Shown here one piece after another: positions 12,090 to 23,864 of a stretch of 64,000 nucleotides of DNA (position 1 is its first letter; the number at the start of each line of letters is the position of its first letter). The notes beneath the pieces were generated by a model. That model saw only the letters and a list, made by a program, of their open reading frames with translations, was not told where the DNA came from and searched no databases. The position numbers were made by a program, and so were the translations under genes. Source of the stretch: Rhynchopus sp. YZ270_cl-10 (Eukaryota); contig OZ037839.1 of the NCBI GenBank assembly GCA_964035575.1, forward strand, positions 372,001-436,000. Reading direction: 5' to 3'.

Positions 12090-12660
12090 CCCCAATTCCC
12101 TCCCTGTTTCAATTCTGAGGCGGGTTGGCGTAGAGACACATCTCACCGATAGGCCGAGGTGTGCATTCTACCACAGCCTCTCCATTTTGCCTTTAGTGTT
12201 TTCGTGATTGCGGGGGTGGGATAATACAATAAGGGAAAGGTAGGAATGCGGTTTCAGTTTCTCCGTGGGTTGTGGTTCATAGTCCTTGTAGAACTCGTAG
12301 TAGATGTGGGCCTGCAGGGGTGGGATCCGCTGATAAACCAGTCACAAACATAACCACACTCCCACGAGCGGACCTTGGGTTGCAAGCCACCTCAAAGGAT
12401 GTAGGTGCACGAAAGGCACTTCATATTGCAATGCCTTTTCTCTTATTTTGATTCTGTTCTTCTGTCCGGTTCTTATTGTCGTACCGTGGCCAGATTATCT
12501 TTTATGATTGCATGCAAGACTGTAAGGAAATTGAACACCGTACCCCTACTCCCATCCTCTTCCACTTTTCGGGTTGGAGTAGGGCCACATTTCACCGACA
12601 GATAGAGGTGTGTGCGTTTCGCCACAACCTCTCTCCTTTGTCTTTATTGTTCAATTTTTA
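12090..12660. repeat. Two copies of a ~120-bp dispersed repeat, also present inverted near 27510-27620, 29570-29700 and 43530-43660
   Basis: Shared core GGGTTGGAGTAG(A/G)GCCACATTTC...GAGGTGTGTGCGTTTC.CCACAACCTC. Confidence 0.7.
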
Positions 12661-13441
12661 TACCATATTTTGGGGTTTTTGTTCACGCAGCGTCCCTCGG
12701 GGTCCTTAGGGTCCTGGAGGATGCGTCCAATGAAAATCACGTCAGTAGAAAAGTTCGAGAATGTAGGTTTTATTATTTTTGTATACAAACATACGAAGCG
12801 GTACGCGTACGGTTTGTAAGGAAATAATACAAACCGAAATGATTGGGCTCTTTCGGATTGAATGATTTGAATAATGTGTGTGTGTGTGTGTTCGGAAATA
12901 TATACTGTCTCTTTTCTAGCTTGTTTAATGTTCATTGTTTTCCTTTCATTGCCCTTTGCTTGTGCTCCCCGACTCCAATTCAATCAATACTCACAGAGGG
13001 GGACCAAAAATACAATTAGCGTTTCTCGTTTTTCAAAAAAAAAAAGAAAGAAAGTAAGAAAGTAAGCGCGCAGATGCGTCCCTCTGTTTGTTACTGGTTA
13101 TGCACGTTGGGCCTAGCGCTCGTCGCATGTTATGCTTATATGTATGCGTCATAGTACCCTTGGGCCGGTTTTACGCACAGTACCGTCGAGGGACGTACTG
13201 TTGGCAACTAACCTACACACCTTTGTTTTTACTGTTTAGGATACGACTTGCATACAGCATACAAGCGCAGCATTTGGGCTCATACGTGTGGTGCTTCGCC
13301 CTCACTCTTTGTTATCCGACTCAGCAGCCTTGGCGCGGGTTGTTTGACTCAGCAGACTTGGCGCGGGTTGTTTCACGAATTCTGAGGAGAAAGCTACAGT
13401 TTTATTGAATTGAATTGGAGAAGGGGATGCGTCCAATGAAA

Positions 13442-13950
13442 CCATCTCCAAACGAGTGCTCCAAAGCACCTGTTTTCACATGATGAATTTCAGCACACTG
13501 CGAGTCCTTGTTGACGGATGAGATCCACTCACTGCACGGTGAGAAGGCTGGGGTATATTCAACATCATACTCGCAAGGGAAGTGGCACAGACGCTCATGT
13601 GTTTCCGTGTCGAAGATCGCCACACCGTTCTCGTTTTGCATGACTGCAAGGTACCTATCACACGGGGAAAGTGTAAGCGAGTACGTCTCCTCCGTACGTG
13701 GTATCACCCCAGGAGTGATGTTGGCACCAGTGCAGTACAGCTCAACGGCACATCCCTCATCCATCTCCGTGTCGCAGATGCGCAAGTCGTCGTTGCCGAT
13801 GTCGCCACCGCCTTTCATCCGCACACCAACACGCCGAGCACGTGGCACGCCAAGCTCCGCAACAAGCTTCCCCTTCACCTGTGCAAGCGTGTCGCTCCTG
13901 TCCACTTCTATCACACAGCTTGCAGACTCGAAGTGTCCTGTGATGTCCAT
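13442..13950 (-). pseudogene. 3'-truncated Ubl-WD40 copy 2
   Basis: Identical to copy 1 up to HSFGDG, then breaks at the duplication junction (~13442) and ends in unrelated FIGRIPFSNSIQ*. Confidence 0.85.
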
Positions 13951-15438
13951 GTTCAGGGGGGGGTAACTCTGTTCTGTGGGGACAGGTGTGTGGGGAAGGT
14001 AGACAGAAGAGGTGCGGTGGTGTTTGTGAAGGAAACGAGACATGTTGCCATTTGCAAGAGAGATAACTCCTCGTCCAGAGGCACTCCCACCTTCCCATCC
14101 CATGGGGCGAGTTGTGCTTCGCCTGTAGAAAGGCTTTGGTCCAGGTCTGACCGTGGTCCTGCTGCTGTCGAACTGAAACCCTCAACCATGTTACGGCGGA
14201 GCAAGGCAATGGCTGCATTCCTCGGAATGGGGGTGCCCCATCCTATTGTTTTAAAACCGTTTATCAGGTCGAGAGGGGAAAGTACTAAAATAGAGAGAGA
14301 AAAATGGGGCAGCTAGTAACCTTCTTGTTTTGTTTCAGTTGTATCGTCGTTATCACCCATCACCCCCCCCACCGAGGTGAGGGCTGTACTTAAGTTTTTT
14401 TTTTTTGTTTGTTTTCTTTTTTTTTTTTGTCCAGTCCTGTTCTCTCTTGCTCTGCTGAGGAGTGCACCTGTGCGTCTAAGGACCAATCCCTTTTTAGGGG
14501 TACTGTTTTATTGAATGAAAGACACGCACCCTCAAATCGAACCGAACGTACCCCCGAAAGAGGGTAAAAAAAAAGTTTGAGTTGAAAATACAAAATCCCT
14601 CTCATGACAGTGTACCTTGGTAACAATATGACCACGCTGTACGGGTGGACGCTCAACAAAAAAATCTTGCTTTTTGGACCCAGACCAACCCCCTTCACAT
14701 CGCACCCCATTGACCCTTACGCTACGTTCGCCTGCTCGGGCAGTGGGTGTTCCCTTTTTTTGCCTTTTTTACACCCAGCCGGGTTTCTTATGTTAAGTCT
14801 GAAGTAATCATTTTCTCCTGCCAGAATGAACGTCTCGTAACTATCCCAGATTGTATTTTCAAAAAATAAAACAAAAGACCCTTTAGGTAGACAACAGTAA
14901 CCTAGTTGAATGTATTTACCCCTTTTTTTTTGAAAACTTGGTTGATTTAGTGCAGACACCCAAAGATGAACTTCACTATACCCCTTTTTATTTGTTCTTC
15001 ATACAATGCAACGAGGCTGAATCGGCCTCGCTAAGGCCGGCCCAGGCGTGGCTGAGACGTGACGGTAAGTATTAGCACGCCTCAAGCCACGCCTTAGATA
15101 GATTGTCCAGACAGGCCTATTTTCAGGGCGTAGTCGGCCTCGCTGCATTGCAAGGTTATATAAGTGTGCCCCACATATTTTTTCTTCGCTTTTTTTGTTC
15201 TGCATTCAAAAAAAAAATCCCTTCTTTTCCCATCTTCTAAATCTTCTTACATCTTAATGTCAGTCACTATCCGTAAACTTCACAGTATTTAATAAAAACC
15301 CCATTTTTGGGTAGGGGCTAGGATCCCTACCCATACCCATTTGCACTTTTTTCTCCTGCTTTGACGCCTTTCTCTTTGTTTTCTTCAGAGATGACACCTC
15401 AGACCTTTCTTCTTCGTCTCCTCGCTTTCCGTTGGTGG

Positions 15439-17526
15439 TCACTTCTCCTTCTTCGCCAAGTCGTTCACGAAGACCAGCTCCTCGGCGACTTCCTTCAGGT
15501 AGTCAAACCTCCCCGATGCCCCACCGTGACCTGCATCCATGTTGGTTTTGAGCACCACCAAACTCTTCGTGCTTTGCCTATCACGCACACGGGCGACAAA
15601 CTTCGAGGCCTCCCAGTACCCAACCCTCGGGTCGTTCAGGCCGGAGGTAAAGAAGAGGTGGGGCACCTTGCAGTCTTGCTTGATGTTGTCGTACGGGGAG
15701 TAGGACTTCATGTACTTGAAGTATTCTGGGTCTTCAGGGTTGCCCCATTCCTTCCATTCACCGGGCGTGAGGGGGAGGTCCTTGTCGAGCATGACCTGCA
15801 GCACATCGACGAAGGGTACGTGCGAGATGATGCCTTTGTAGAGCTCGGGGCGTTCGTTTTGGCATACGCCCATCAGCATGCCTCCAGCAGACCCGCCGCG
15901 GATGATAATCTCGCCTTGCGAAGTGAATTTTTGTGCAATAAGCTCGTCAGCGCACGCCATGAAGTCATTGAAGGTTCTGCGTTTGTTCAAAAACTTTGCT
16001 GTCTCGTACCATTCGTTGCCTAAATCAGAGCCTCCACGGATGTGCCCAATCGCATAGACCATGCCAAGGTTTGCAATCGACACCGCCGTGCTGAAAAACC
16101 CTGGCTCGGAGGAGATCCCATACGACCCATAGCCCTCCAGATAGCAGGTCGCGCTGCCATCCAGCTTTGTGTCCTTGCGGTGCAGGATCGACATGGGGAC
16201 CTCCACACCGTCGGTCTTTGCGTAGATGCGGGCAACCGTGTATTCATCTGGGTTAAACCCTGAGGGGATTTCACGAACCTTCAGAACCTTCATGGAAGCA
16301 TCGTCGAAATTGTAAGAGTACACTGTGGAAGGACGTGCCAGAGAGGCGTACGACACGCGAATGTCGTCCAACTCAGCGTTCGTTGAGTAGAGCGATGCGG
16401 TGTACGAAATGTCCGGAAAGTCCATGCGTTTCTCAGCCTTGCTCTTCAGGTGGTGAATGACCAGCTCGGGGAGACCTGCGTTGTTGTAGGACAGAAGCAT
16501 GTAGTTGTCGGTCACATCCATGCTCTCAAGGCATTTTTTGTCATCTTCAGCACGGTACTGCTTCCACGAGGTCGCAATGTCAAACCCCTCTGATTCTGCC
16601 CTAATGACCTTAAAATTCTTTGCATCATCAGCATTGGTGCTTGCATAGAAGGCACCATCAGTGTGGTCAAGGTTCGGCTTGATTGGGTCCTCTCTTTTCA
16701 AGAGAAGCTGCATTTTCATTTCAGGGTCCGCAAAGCTGATTGCATGAAACTCTGACGTAGCGTGCCCAGAAACCTCGACAATAAGGTATTCCTTAGAGGA
16801 GGACCGACCGGCGGAGAGGCTGAACAGAGTGTCTTCTTCGAAGTAGATTTTCTTGTCCTCAGAGACCGGTGTGCCGAGCTTGTGGTAGCGGAGCTCCCTG
16901 CGGCGCCATTTTTCGTCCACCGGGAGATAGAAGAAGCCCTCGCCGTTCTTATGCCAGATTCCGGCGTTTCCGACCTTCTCGATTTTGTCTTCGCGGAGCT
17001 CGCCTGAGGCAATATCCTTGAGGTATAGGGTGTAGGTCTCCCCGCCTTCGTAATCAGCAGCGTAGGTGATGAGAGTGTCGTCCGGGGAGTATGCCGGGCT
17101 GCTTACACGGCAGAAGGATTTGCCTTCGGCAAGCTTGTTGACGTCAAGGATGACCTCTTCGGGGGCGTCGGTGGAGCCACGCTTTCTGCAGTGAATTTTG
17201 TAGTCAGAAGTCTCCTCGCTTCTGTCGTAGATGAAGAATTCGCCGCGTTGGCGGTAGGTGGATTGGTCGGCCAGCTTGACCCGCCCCTTCAGTTCCTCGA
17301 AGAAACGCTCCTTCTCTGCGGCGCGGCCGTTTTCAGCCATATACTTCTCGAAGTAAGCGTTCTCAGCGTTAAGGTGCGCGATGATCTCCGGGGTGTCCGC
17401 AACCTTCTCGGGCCACTCCTTCTCCCGCATCCAGGAGAATTCGTCGGGAATGGTCTCGCCGTGTTTGGTGTAGGTGTAGTCACATTTTCTTGCCACCGGC
17501 GCGCCCTCTGGAACGGAAATACCCAT
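15439..17526 (-). CDS. ptrB: Oligopeptidase B, copy 2
   Basis: Near-identical to copy 1 with the catalytic triad motifs intact. The few substitutions include LKGYG/LEGYG, ISYVP/ISHVP and VPISI/VPMSI. Confidence 0.95.
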   Translation of the reverse strand: MGISVPEGAPVARKCDYTYTKHGETIPDEFSWMREKEWPEKVADTPEIIAHLNAENAYFEKYMAENGRAAEKERFFEELKGRVKLADQSTYRQRGEFFIYDRSEETSDYKIHCRKRGSTDAPEEVILDVNKLAEGKSFCRVSSPAYSPDDTLITYAADYEGGETYTLYLKDIASGELREDKIEKVGNAGIWHKNGEGFFYLPVDEKWRRRELRYHKLGTPVSEDKKIYFEEDTLFSLSAGRSSSKEYLIVEVSGHATSEFHAISFADPEMKMQLLLKREDPIKPNLDHTDGAFYASTNADDAKNFKVIRAESEGFDIATSWKQYRAEDDKKCLESMDVTDNYMLLSYNNAGLPELVIHHLKSKAEKRMDFPDISYTASLYSTNAELDDIRVSYASLARPSTVYSYNFDDASMKVLKVREIPSGFNPDEYTVARIYAKTDGVEVPMSILHRKDTKLDGSATCYLEGYGSYGISSEPGFFSTAVSIANLGMVYAIGHIRGGSDLGNEWYETAKFLNKRRTFNDFMACADELIAQKFTSQGEIIIRGGSAGGMLMGVCQNERPELYKGIISHVPFVDVLQVMLDKDLPLTPGEWKEWGNPEDPEYFKYMKSYSPYDNIKQDCKVPHLFFTSGLNDPRVGYWEASKFVARVRDRQSTKSLVVLKTNMDAGHGGASGRFDYLKEVAEELVFVNDLAKKEK

Positions 17527-20374
17527 CTTTTTGTGTGCCTCTGTGAGAAATGGGGGGGATGGAGTGGAGAGATGGAGAGATAGAGAAAGGAGGTGTGTTG
17601 CCCATATCACCCGCACGCTTCCTCTCATCAGTCAGACGAAAGAAAGGGCAGTCGAGACGTATGGTTGATTAAGTCTGCGTGATGCAGGTTGTAGTGGGGT
17701 GAGGCTAAAATGGGGATTTAAAAAATGGGGAAGAAGAAAAAACGAGAGCGAGAGAGAGGGAGTTACCTGAAGAGCTGAAGCGAGGGGTGTTGGAAAGGTT
17801 GCGAGCGAAGTGACTGCAGAGTGAGAGCCGACGAGCTGAGATAATCATGATGTCTGGTTGAGGGTGGCCGTGTGGATAGAGAGAGAGAGATTCTATTTTT
17901 CCTTCAAAACTTCACACACAACACTTTTTGATTTTTTGGGAGACACACAAAGGTGCCAGGTTCTATGATATGCACAGAACCACCCTGCACTTGCCAGGAA
18001 ACGTTTCGCATTCGAAACTAGGGCAGCGAGAAAGAGCAGACTTCAAGGAAGGGTTTATCAGAGGGTGATAAACAGCGAAAAGTTGTGAGAATTAACAGGA
18101 CCATTGAAGAATGGAAAAAGAAGAAAAAGAAGGGGGAGAAAAACAAAGGGGAACAATGCCGTTGTTTTATGTTTTAGTTGGAAAGCTTTATATCATTTGC
18201 ACAGAAAAAGTATCTGATGGACAGCAATATCTGTCCAACATATTGAGGGCTAGGGGGGACAAAAAAACGGCTTTTGCATTTGGATGAGAATGCTTGGTGA
18301 GTTTTCCGTTTTTTAGTGTGTTACTTATAATCGGTGAACCAAAGCTGGCTGCACCACGCACACGACGGTGAAGTAAATGAATTGCGGTTTACAGTTGGCT
18401 TACAAACTTCACAGCCGTGTATGTACGGAAAAGTGTAAAATGAAAAAGACCCAGCTCGCGGTTATCCCCTCGTGTTCGTGCATGGGGCGGTCAATCATGA
18501 CTCAGGCAGAGGAAGCTTCGCGCACTGTAAAAAACACATAATATAGCAAAACAGAAAAAGGTAAGATGCATCTGGGAGGGGTCGATATTGACAGGTCGCT
18601 GACAGGTCGTTGACACAGGGACTTTATAAACACCCCCCTGATATTGGCAGGTGGCTGACAGGTCGTTGACCGACTTCCGAAAGCACCATAAGAAAATTAA
18701 ACTAAAGGCGGGTTTTGGGATTTCAAAAAAAACCGTAAGGAGGGTGTCTAAAAAGGTCAAAAACGGAAAAAACGGAAAAAACGGTAGAAAAATTTGGGGT
18801 GTTTTTGACCAAAAAAAGAGTGAGGGGAGTTGGGTCCAGTCATAGGGGAGTATAGCAATTTTTAAAAAATTCTACCAAAAATGCACAGCATTTTTCAAGC
18901 ACATAGGCAGATTTTCGCTTTTGTTATAAAAAATTGAGGAACCAAAATATCCCACTGTAGCTGTCTTCGAAAACGGCCTCTGAGGTCGGAGCCCAAAATG
19001 GGCCCGTTCTTCCTGCGGAAAGTAGTGCGCACACTGTACATATCTCTGAAGATGAACGGTTTAGGTCGGGGCTCGCAGAAACAACCTCAAATTACTTGCA
19101 GCTTGCGAGTCTCCGTGTTCTTGAAGGGTGGGACGTAGAGGGAGAAGGCAGCGATCACATTGAAGTCGTCCATTAAGGATTCAATATTTCCCGGAGGTCT
19201 GACTTCGGATACTGCCATCCAATGCCATCGCTTTGGGAGAGTGACTTGCCTTGCGTCATCGGATGACTCCAGGGCTTGCGCAAACTTTAAGGTTTCGGGA
19301 CCGCTTGTGAAAAATAGGGCTCTGGTGCATGTTGAGGAAGAGGGGAGCCGGTCATCTCCGGAAGCGGTGTTGCTTTGTGAAGCCTCGTATGCTTCCCCCG
19401 CTGACCACCTGTGAAACCGCCTCAATCGCGTGGTTCGTGATCGCTGTGATTGCTCCTTCGTGTCTGAGGAGTATTGGAGCACCCTCCGCTTGATGGCAGA
19501 CGGCGTATGTCCTGACGCAGACGATTGGGGTTCACACACCCTCGGTGCTACAGGATCTTGAGGGTTTGACGCACTGTTGGCTGCGTGCTCGGTGGGTCAC
19601 AAGAAGAGACACCAGCACCGGCACGAGTCAAGTCACAAGGAGCTTAGGAGAACTGACGTGCGGTGGGGAAGGTTCCCTCCGACCGTCCGGACTTGGCGGT
19701 CTGCACCCCCATCCTCGTCAAGAATTGGCTAAAGCACATGGCACCCAGAGCAGTGACCGGTCCGACGCTCGCACGTGAGCGTCGCTCCTCCGGAAGCTGG
19801 TAGTGGCCCAAGTCCACACGGACTAGAGGCCGCCGATGAGCAGGAAACTGCAGGAGGGCATGCCACAAGAGCTAACGAAACCATGGTAATGGGCCTATGT
19901 GGGGTTACAGACGTGTATATGGTGTAACCACAGATGCTCAAAACACCCGATTTTTACGTTTTTTTTGCATTTTTCGGTGCCCCAAGACCCACCCCAGGGG
20001 TCCAAAAATTTTTCGAAAAAAAAATTTTTTTTTCAGATTTTGCTAAGGTAAAATGTGACTGTGAAAACGATCCTCAAAATAGAGGATCCTCCAAATTCCC
20101 GTTTTTCCCTTTTTTCCCCTTTCCCCTTAGTCATTTTTCCCGTTGCCTTGTCGAAAAAAAATTTTTTGGGTCAAAAAAAAAAAGTGAAAATTTTTCACAA
20201 ATTTCGATCCTTCGACCACCCACAGGTGACGAAAACTCGGTTTTTTTGAAAAAAAAAATTTTTTTTTTGGGTCAAACAGCGCCTTGCCTATAGCATAGGC
20301 TTGTACAGAGACGTGTATATGGTGTAACCACAGATGCTCAAAACACCCGATTTTTGCGTTTTTTTGCATTTTTT

Positions 20375-21327
20375 ATTTTTTTTTTTTTTTTTTTTTTTTG
20401 AGGAAGGGCATTCTTTTACTTTTTTATTTGCCTGGAGGGGGTACGGGGCGGCCTCTTGTAAGTTTGTTTTTGTTTGTAGTCTTTTGTTGGTTTAGGGGCG
20501 TGGCTGACGACACGATGAACCTCCTTGGTTCAAAGCTGTTAACGACGTCTAGCCAGGCCTGGCTGTACACTCTAGTCTATAAAAGGGGGAGGGGGGGGGA
20601 AACGAAAAAGGAAAAGTAGAAAAATGGTGACTCTAGTGTCTATGTGGCGTTTCGACGACGCGTCTGCACAAGGCTCCGCAGGCGATTGTACAGCTCCGCC
20701 GACTTCTTCAGCTCCCACTGGTTCAACATCGGCTTCACTGCATTCCTCCACCGCCCACAGTACTCGAAAGCCTCCGCTGCCGTCAGTCCGTACCCACCTT
20801 GGGAGCTGAAATGAGTGGTATTGGGATAGAACAGTCCCTCCCACTCTTCGGCCGTCTCTGGAGTAGGCAAGTCAAACCCGGGGCAGGGCGCTATGTCATT
20901 CCATACCGGCACAGAGTTCGGGAGGGCTGGTGGTGCGGATTGGGAGCCACTCTCCGATGTTGTGTCTGTGCTGGGGACCGATGATGCGCCTGGCAAAGGA
21001 ACTGCGGGTTGGGACCTGTCGAGGAGGTCCGCGGAGTACGCACTGCCTTGCGAGGCGTCGTGTGGCTGTTCACTCGTGTCAGCGCGGGAGTGAGCTGCCT
21101 CAGAGGACGTGAATACGGGGGGGGCTGGGGTGGTGTTTGAATAGCCACTCCCCGTATGTGTCCTGGTGGGCTGCACCTGCGATGAAGCGGTTGGCGGAAC
21201 AGCGTGGGGCTGCACTCTCGTGTTGGAGGTTGAGGGAGCTGCTGCAACAGGCGCGGGTACGGGGAGGGCTGAGTGGGTGTTGGAATAGCCACTCTCCGTA
21301 TGTGCCTGATGCTGCTGAGACGCGGCC
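20375..21327 (-). mobile_element. Poly(A)-tailed retroposed insertion, probably 5'-truncated
   Basis: A poly-T tract at about 20372-20399 on the plus strand and a probable CATTTTT TSD. It interrupts the 400-bp unit and carries an open frame ending at 20640. Confidence 0.65.
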
Positions 21328-21635
21328 CATTTTTCGGTGCCCCCAGACCCACCCCAGGGGGCCAAAAATTTTTCGAAAAAAAAATTTTTTTTTTCGGATT
21401 TTGCTAAGGTAAAATGTGACTGAAAAATGATCCTCAAAATAGGGGATCCTCCAAATTCCCGTTTTTCCCTTTTTTCCCCTTTCCCCTTAGTCATTTTTCC
21501 CGTTGCCTTGTCGAAAAAAAATTTTTTGGGTCAAAAAAAAAAAGTGAAAAATTTTCGCAAATTTCGATCCTACGACCACCCACAGGTGACGAAAACTCGA
21601 TTTATAATCTATAATTTTTTTTTTGGTCAAACACG

Positions 21636-22524
21636 CAGGGTTTCCGCGTTCTTCCGGTGTTTTCGAAGGGGGCGGACGAGTTTTTTCCCCCCCCCCAAAA
21701 ATTTTTTTTTACTAGTGCTTAACACAATACAGGTCGAGCCCGGCGCGCTTCGCGCGCCGGGTCGGGGCCTCCGGCGAAGTTGTCTCGCCTCACGGTCTTT
21801 CGTGAGGCACAACAGGTGAGAAACTCACGTTACGAGATACTCGAAAACAAAGCGTGGCGGGTGGTGGAATAAGCGCTCAGCTGTGCTTGTACCCACAGGA
21901 AGAGTGAACAAGAGACGGAGTAACGTCCTCATCTGAGGGTACTCGGTGTCACCTTCCTCATTGAGCTCAACATACATCAGAACGTCATGAAGAGTTGTCA
22001 TTGAGGTGCACACCCTCAACACCGACTTGAGCTCTTGCCACTCTGCCAACAGGTCACTGAATTCAACCCCCTGCACAATACTGGCTGTCTGGAACTGCTT
22101 CCGTTAGCGGTGTCGCTGTGCACCGGCTTCAGCGCATCCCCACCCACGACATCGCGATGCATGTAGGACAGTTTGTGGGGGGTGAAGAACTGGTCGTACA
22201 ATCTGCCTAGCTGTTCAATGCTGTACTCCGTGCGCAAACCCGCAAAGGGTTTGAGGGGAATGATAGAGGGGGATACCATAAGTGCGGCCGCAGATCTGCG
22301 CGACGCCAAAGAGGGGAGGCCTTTATTTTCTATACGGGGTGGGGTGCGTCCCCTGCGGGGCCGCACCCGACTCGTCCACTTTACAATGTACCCCGGGCCC
22401 TCTCCCCACCCATTTTTCCCACTTCCCGGATGAACTTCGTCCGGACGAACTTCGTCCGGCAGTTTTTTTTTTTTTTTTTCCTACCGGACGAACTTCGTCC
22501 GATTTTTGGGTCGCGGAAACACTG
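21636..22524 (-). mobile_element. Internally deleted hAT transposon
   Basis: 8-bp TSD CAAACACG at 21628-21635 and 22525-22532; TIRs CAGGGTTTCCGCG / CGCGGAAACACTG. It retains the hAT dimerisation motif YPQMRTLLRLLFTLPVGTSTAERLF (ORF 21825..22076). Confidence 0.92.
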
Positions 22525-22831
22525 CAAACACGGCCTTGCCTATCCACTTTTGGGTATAGTATAGGCTTGTACAGAGACGTGTATATGGTGTAACCACAGA
22601 TGGTCAAAACAGCCGATTTTTGCGTTTTTTGGCATTTTTCGGTGCCCCAAGACCCAACCCAGGGGGCCAAAAAATTTTCGAAAAAAAAATTTTTTTTTCA
22701 CCTGAAAATTGCCTTGTCAAAAAAAAAAAAATTTTTTTTTTTGGAAAAAAAAATGGCAAAGGGAAGGCCCATTATTCCAATCCATGTTACAATGTTACTT
22801 GAAATGGGGTCCAAAAAAACCCCCCCCCCTA

Positions 22832-23862
22832 GGCATAGGTGCCCGCCGAGTCGTTTTTGGGCGAGTTGTCGGAACTTTACGATTTCACCTAACAACTCGC
22901 CCAAAACTCGGACAACTCGGCCACAACTCGCCCTATACTCGGCACAACTCGCCCTATACTCGGCACAACTCGGCCACAACTCGGCCACAACTCGCCCATT
23001 TTTACAGGCAAAAACATACAGGGATGGGAGGTGACGTTGTAAGGTTACACACATGTAACGTTGGTACAACACATAATCTCAAGAAAAACAACCAGGGCTA
23101 AGGCCAAACGCCACTCATTACATGCACCTTGTCATATGACTAGTCATAGGTGGTAACTAGGTCGCGGTGGTCCATGGGCCACCGTGCACTTTTGGTAATT
23201 GCTGGGGGGAATGGGATATACTCCGTACATGGATACACACAGAACACACGGTTCCCCAGACATCTGTCAGGCAATCACTGATTCACTTCACACAGGTCGG
23301 GCAGGCGCTGCCTGCCCATCCTCTTTTCCTGTCTGCTATCGATTCCAGGTTCACAACGTTCACACGTTTAGTCAAAATGCTTTGGGCGACGACTTCCTTT
23401 GGGATACACAAAACCACACAAAGCGCACATTCACAGACCAGCTGTGAAGCGTGGGATGCACGAGATAAAACGTGATGTGGTGTACCTGTGTACCTGTGTA
23501 CCTGTGTACCTGTGTACCTGTGTACCTGTGTACCTGTGTACCTGTGTACCTGTGTACCTGTGTACCTGTGTACCTGTGTACCTGTGTACCTGTGTACCTG
23601 TGTACCTGTGTACCTGTGTACCTGTGTACCTGTGTACCTGTGTACCTGTGTACCTGTGTACCTGTGTACCTGTGTACCTGTGTACCTGTGTACCTGTGTA
23701 CCTGTGTACCTGTGTACCTGTGTACCTGTGTACCTGTGTACCTGTGTTTTTGTAGCCATAAAAAATCCCAAAAAAAAACAACTCGCCCAAAAAAAATGGG
23801 CGAGTTGTTGGCCGAATTTGGGCGAGTTGCCGAGTTGTTTTAACTCGCCGGGCACCTATGCC
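22832..23862. mobile_element. 1.03-kb MITE-like element at CCTAGG carrying an octamer satellite
   Basis: CCTA-[GGCATAGGTGCCCG...CGGGCACCTATGCC]-TAGG, with subterminal CAACTCG repeats in both orientations. Confidence 0.85.
23480..23747. repeat. (GTGTACCT)n satellite, about 33 copies
   Basis: Perfect 8-bp tandem array. Confidence 0.98.
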
Positions 23863-23864
23863 TA

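Larger units (their letters stand above)
2473..17992. repeat. Tandem segmental duplication: about 2473-10992 duplicated at about 13442-17992
   Basis: Both copies share near-identical Ubl-WD40 5' part, intergenic DNA and oligopeptidase B. Copy 1 additionally carries a ~400-bp segment (about 3580-3977) and the 4750-8330 transposon. Confidence 0.92.
19909..22700 (+). repeat. Interrupted tandem repeat of a ~400-bp unit (starts at ~19909, ~20308 and ~22575)
   Basis: AGACGTGTATATGGTGTAACCACAGATG...TTTTCGGTGCCCC recurs. Unit 2 is split by two insertions. Confidence 0.8.

Noticed and set aside
19000..19870. Possible transposase remnant inside the outer TIR element
   Set aside because: No recognisable DDE or other motif by eye; needs BLASTX/HHpred.
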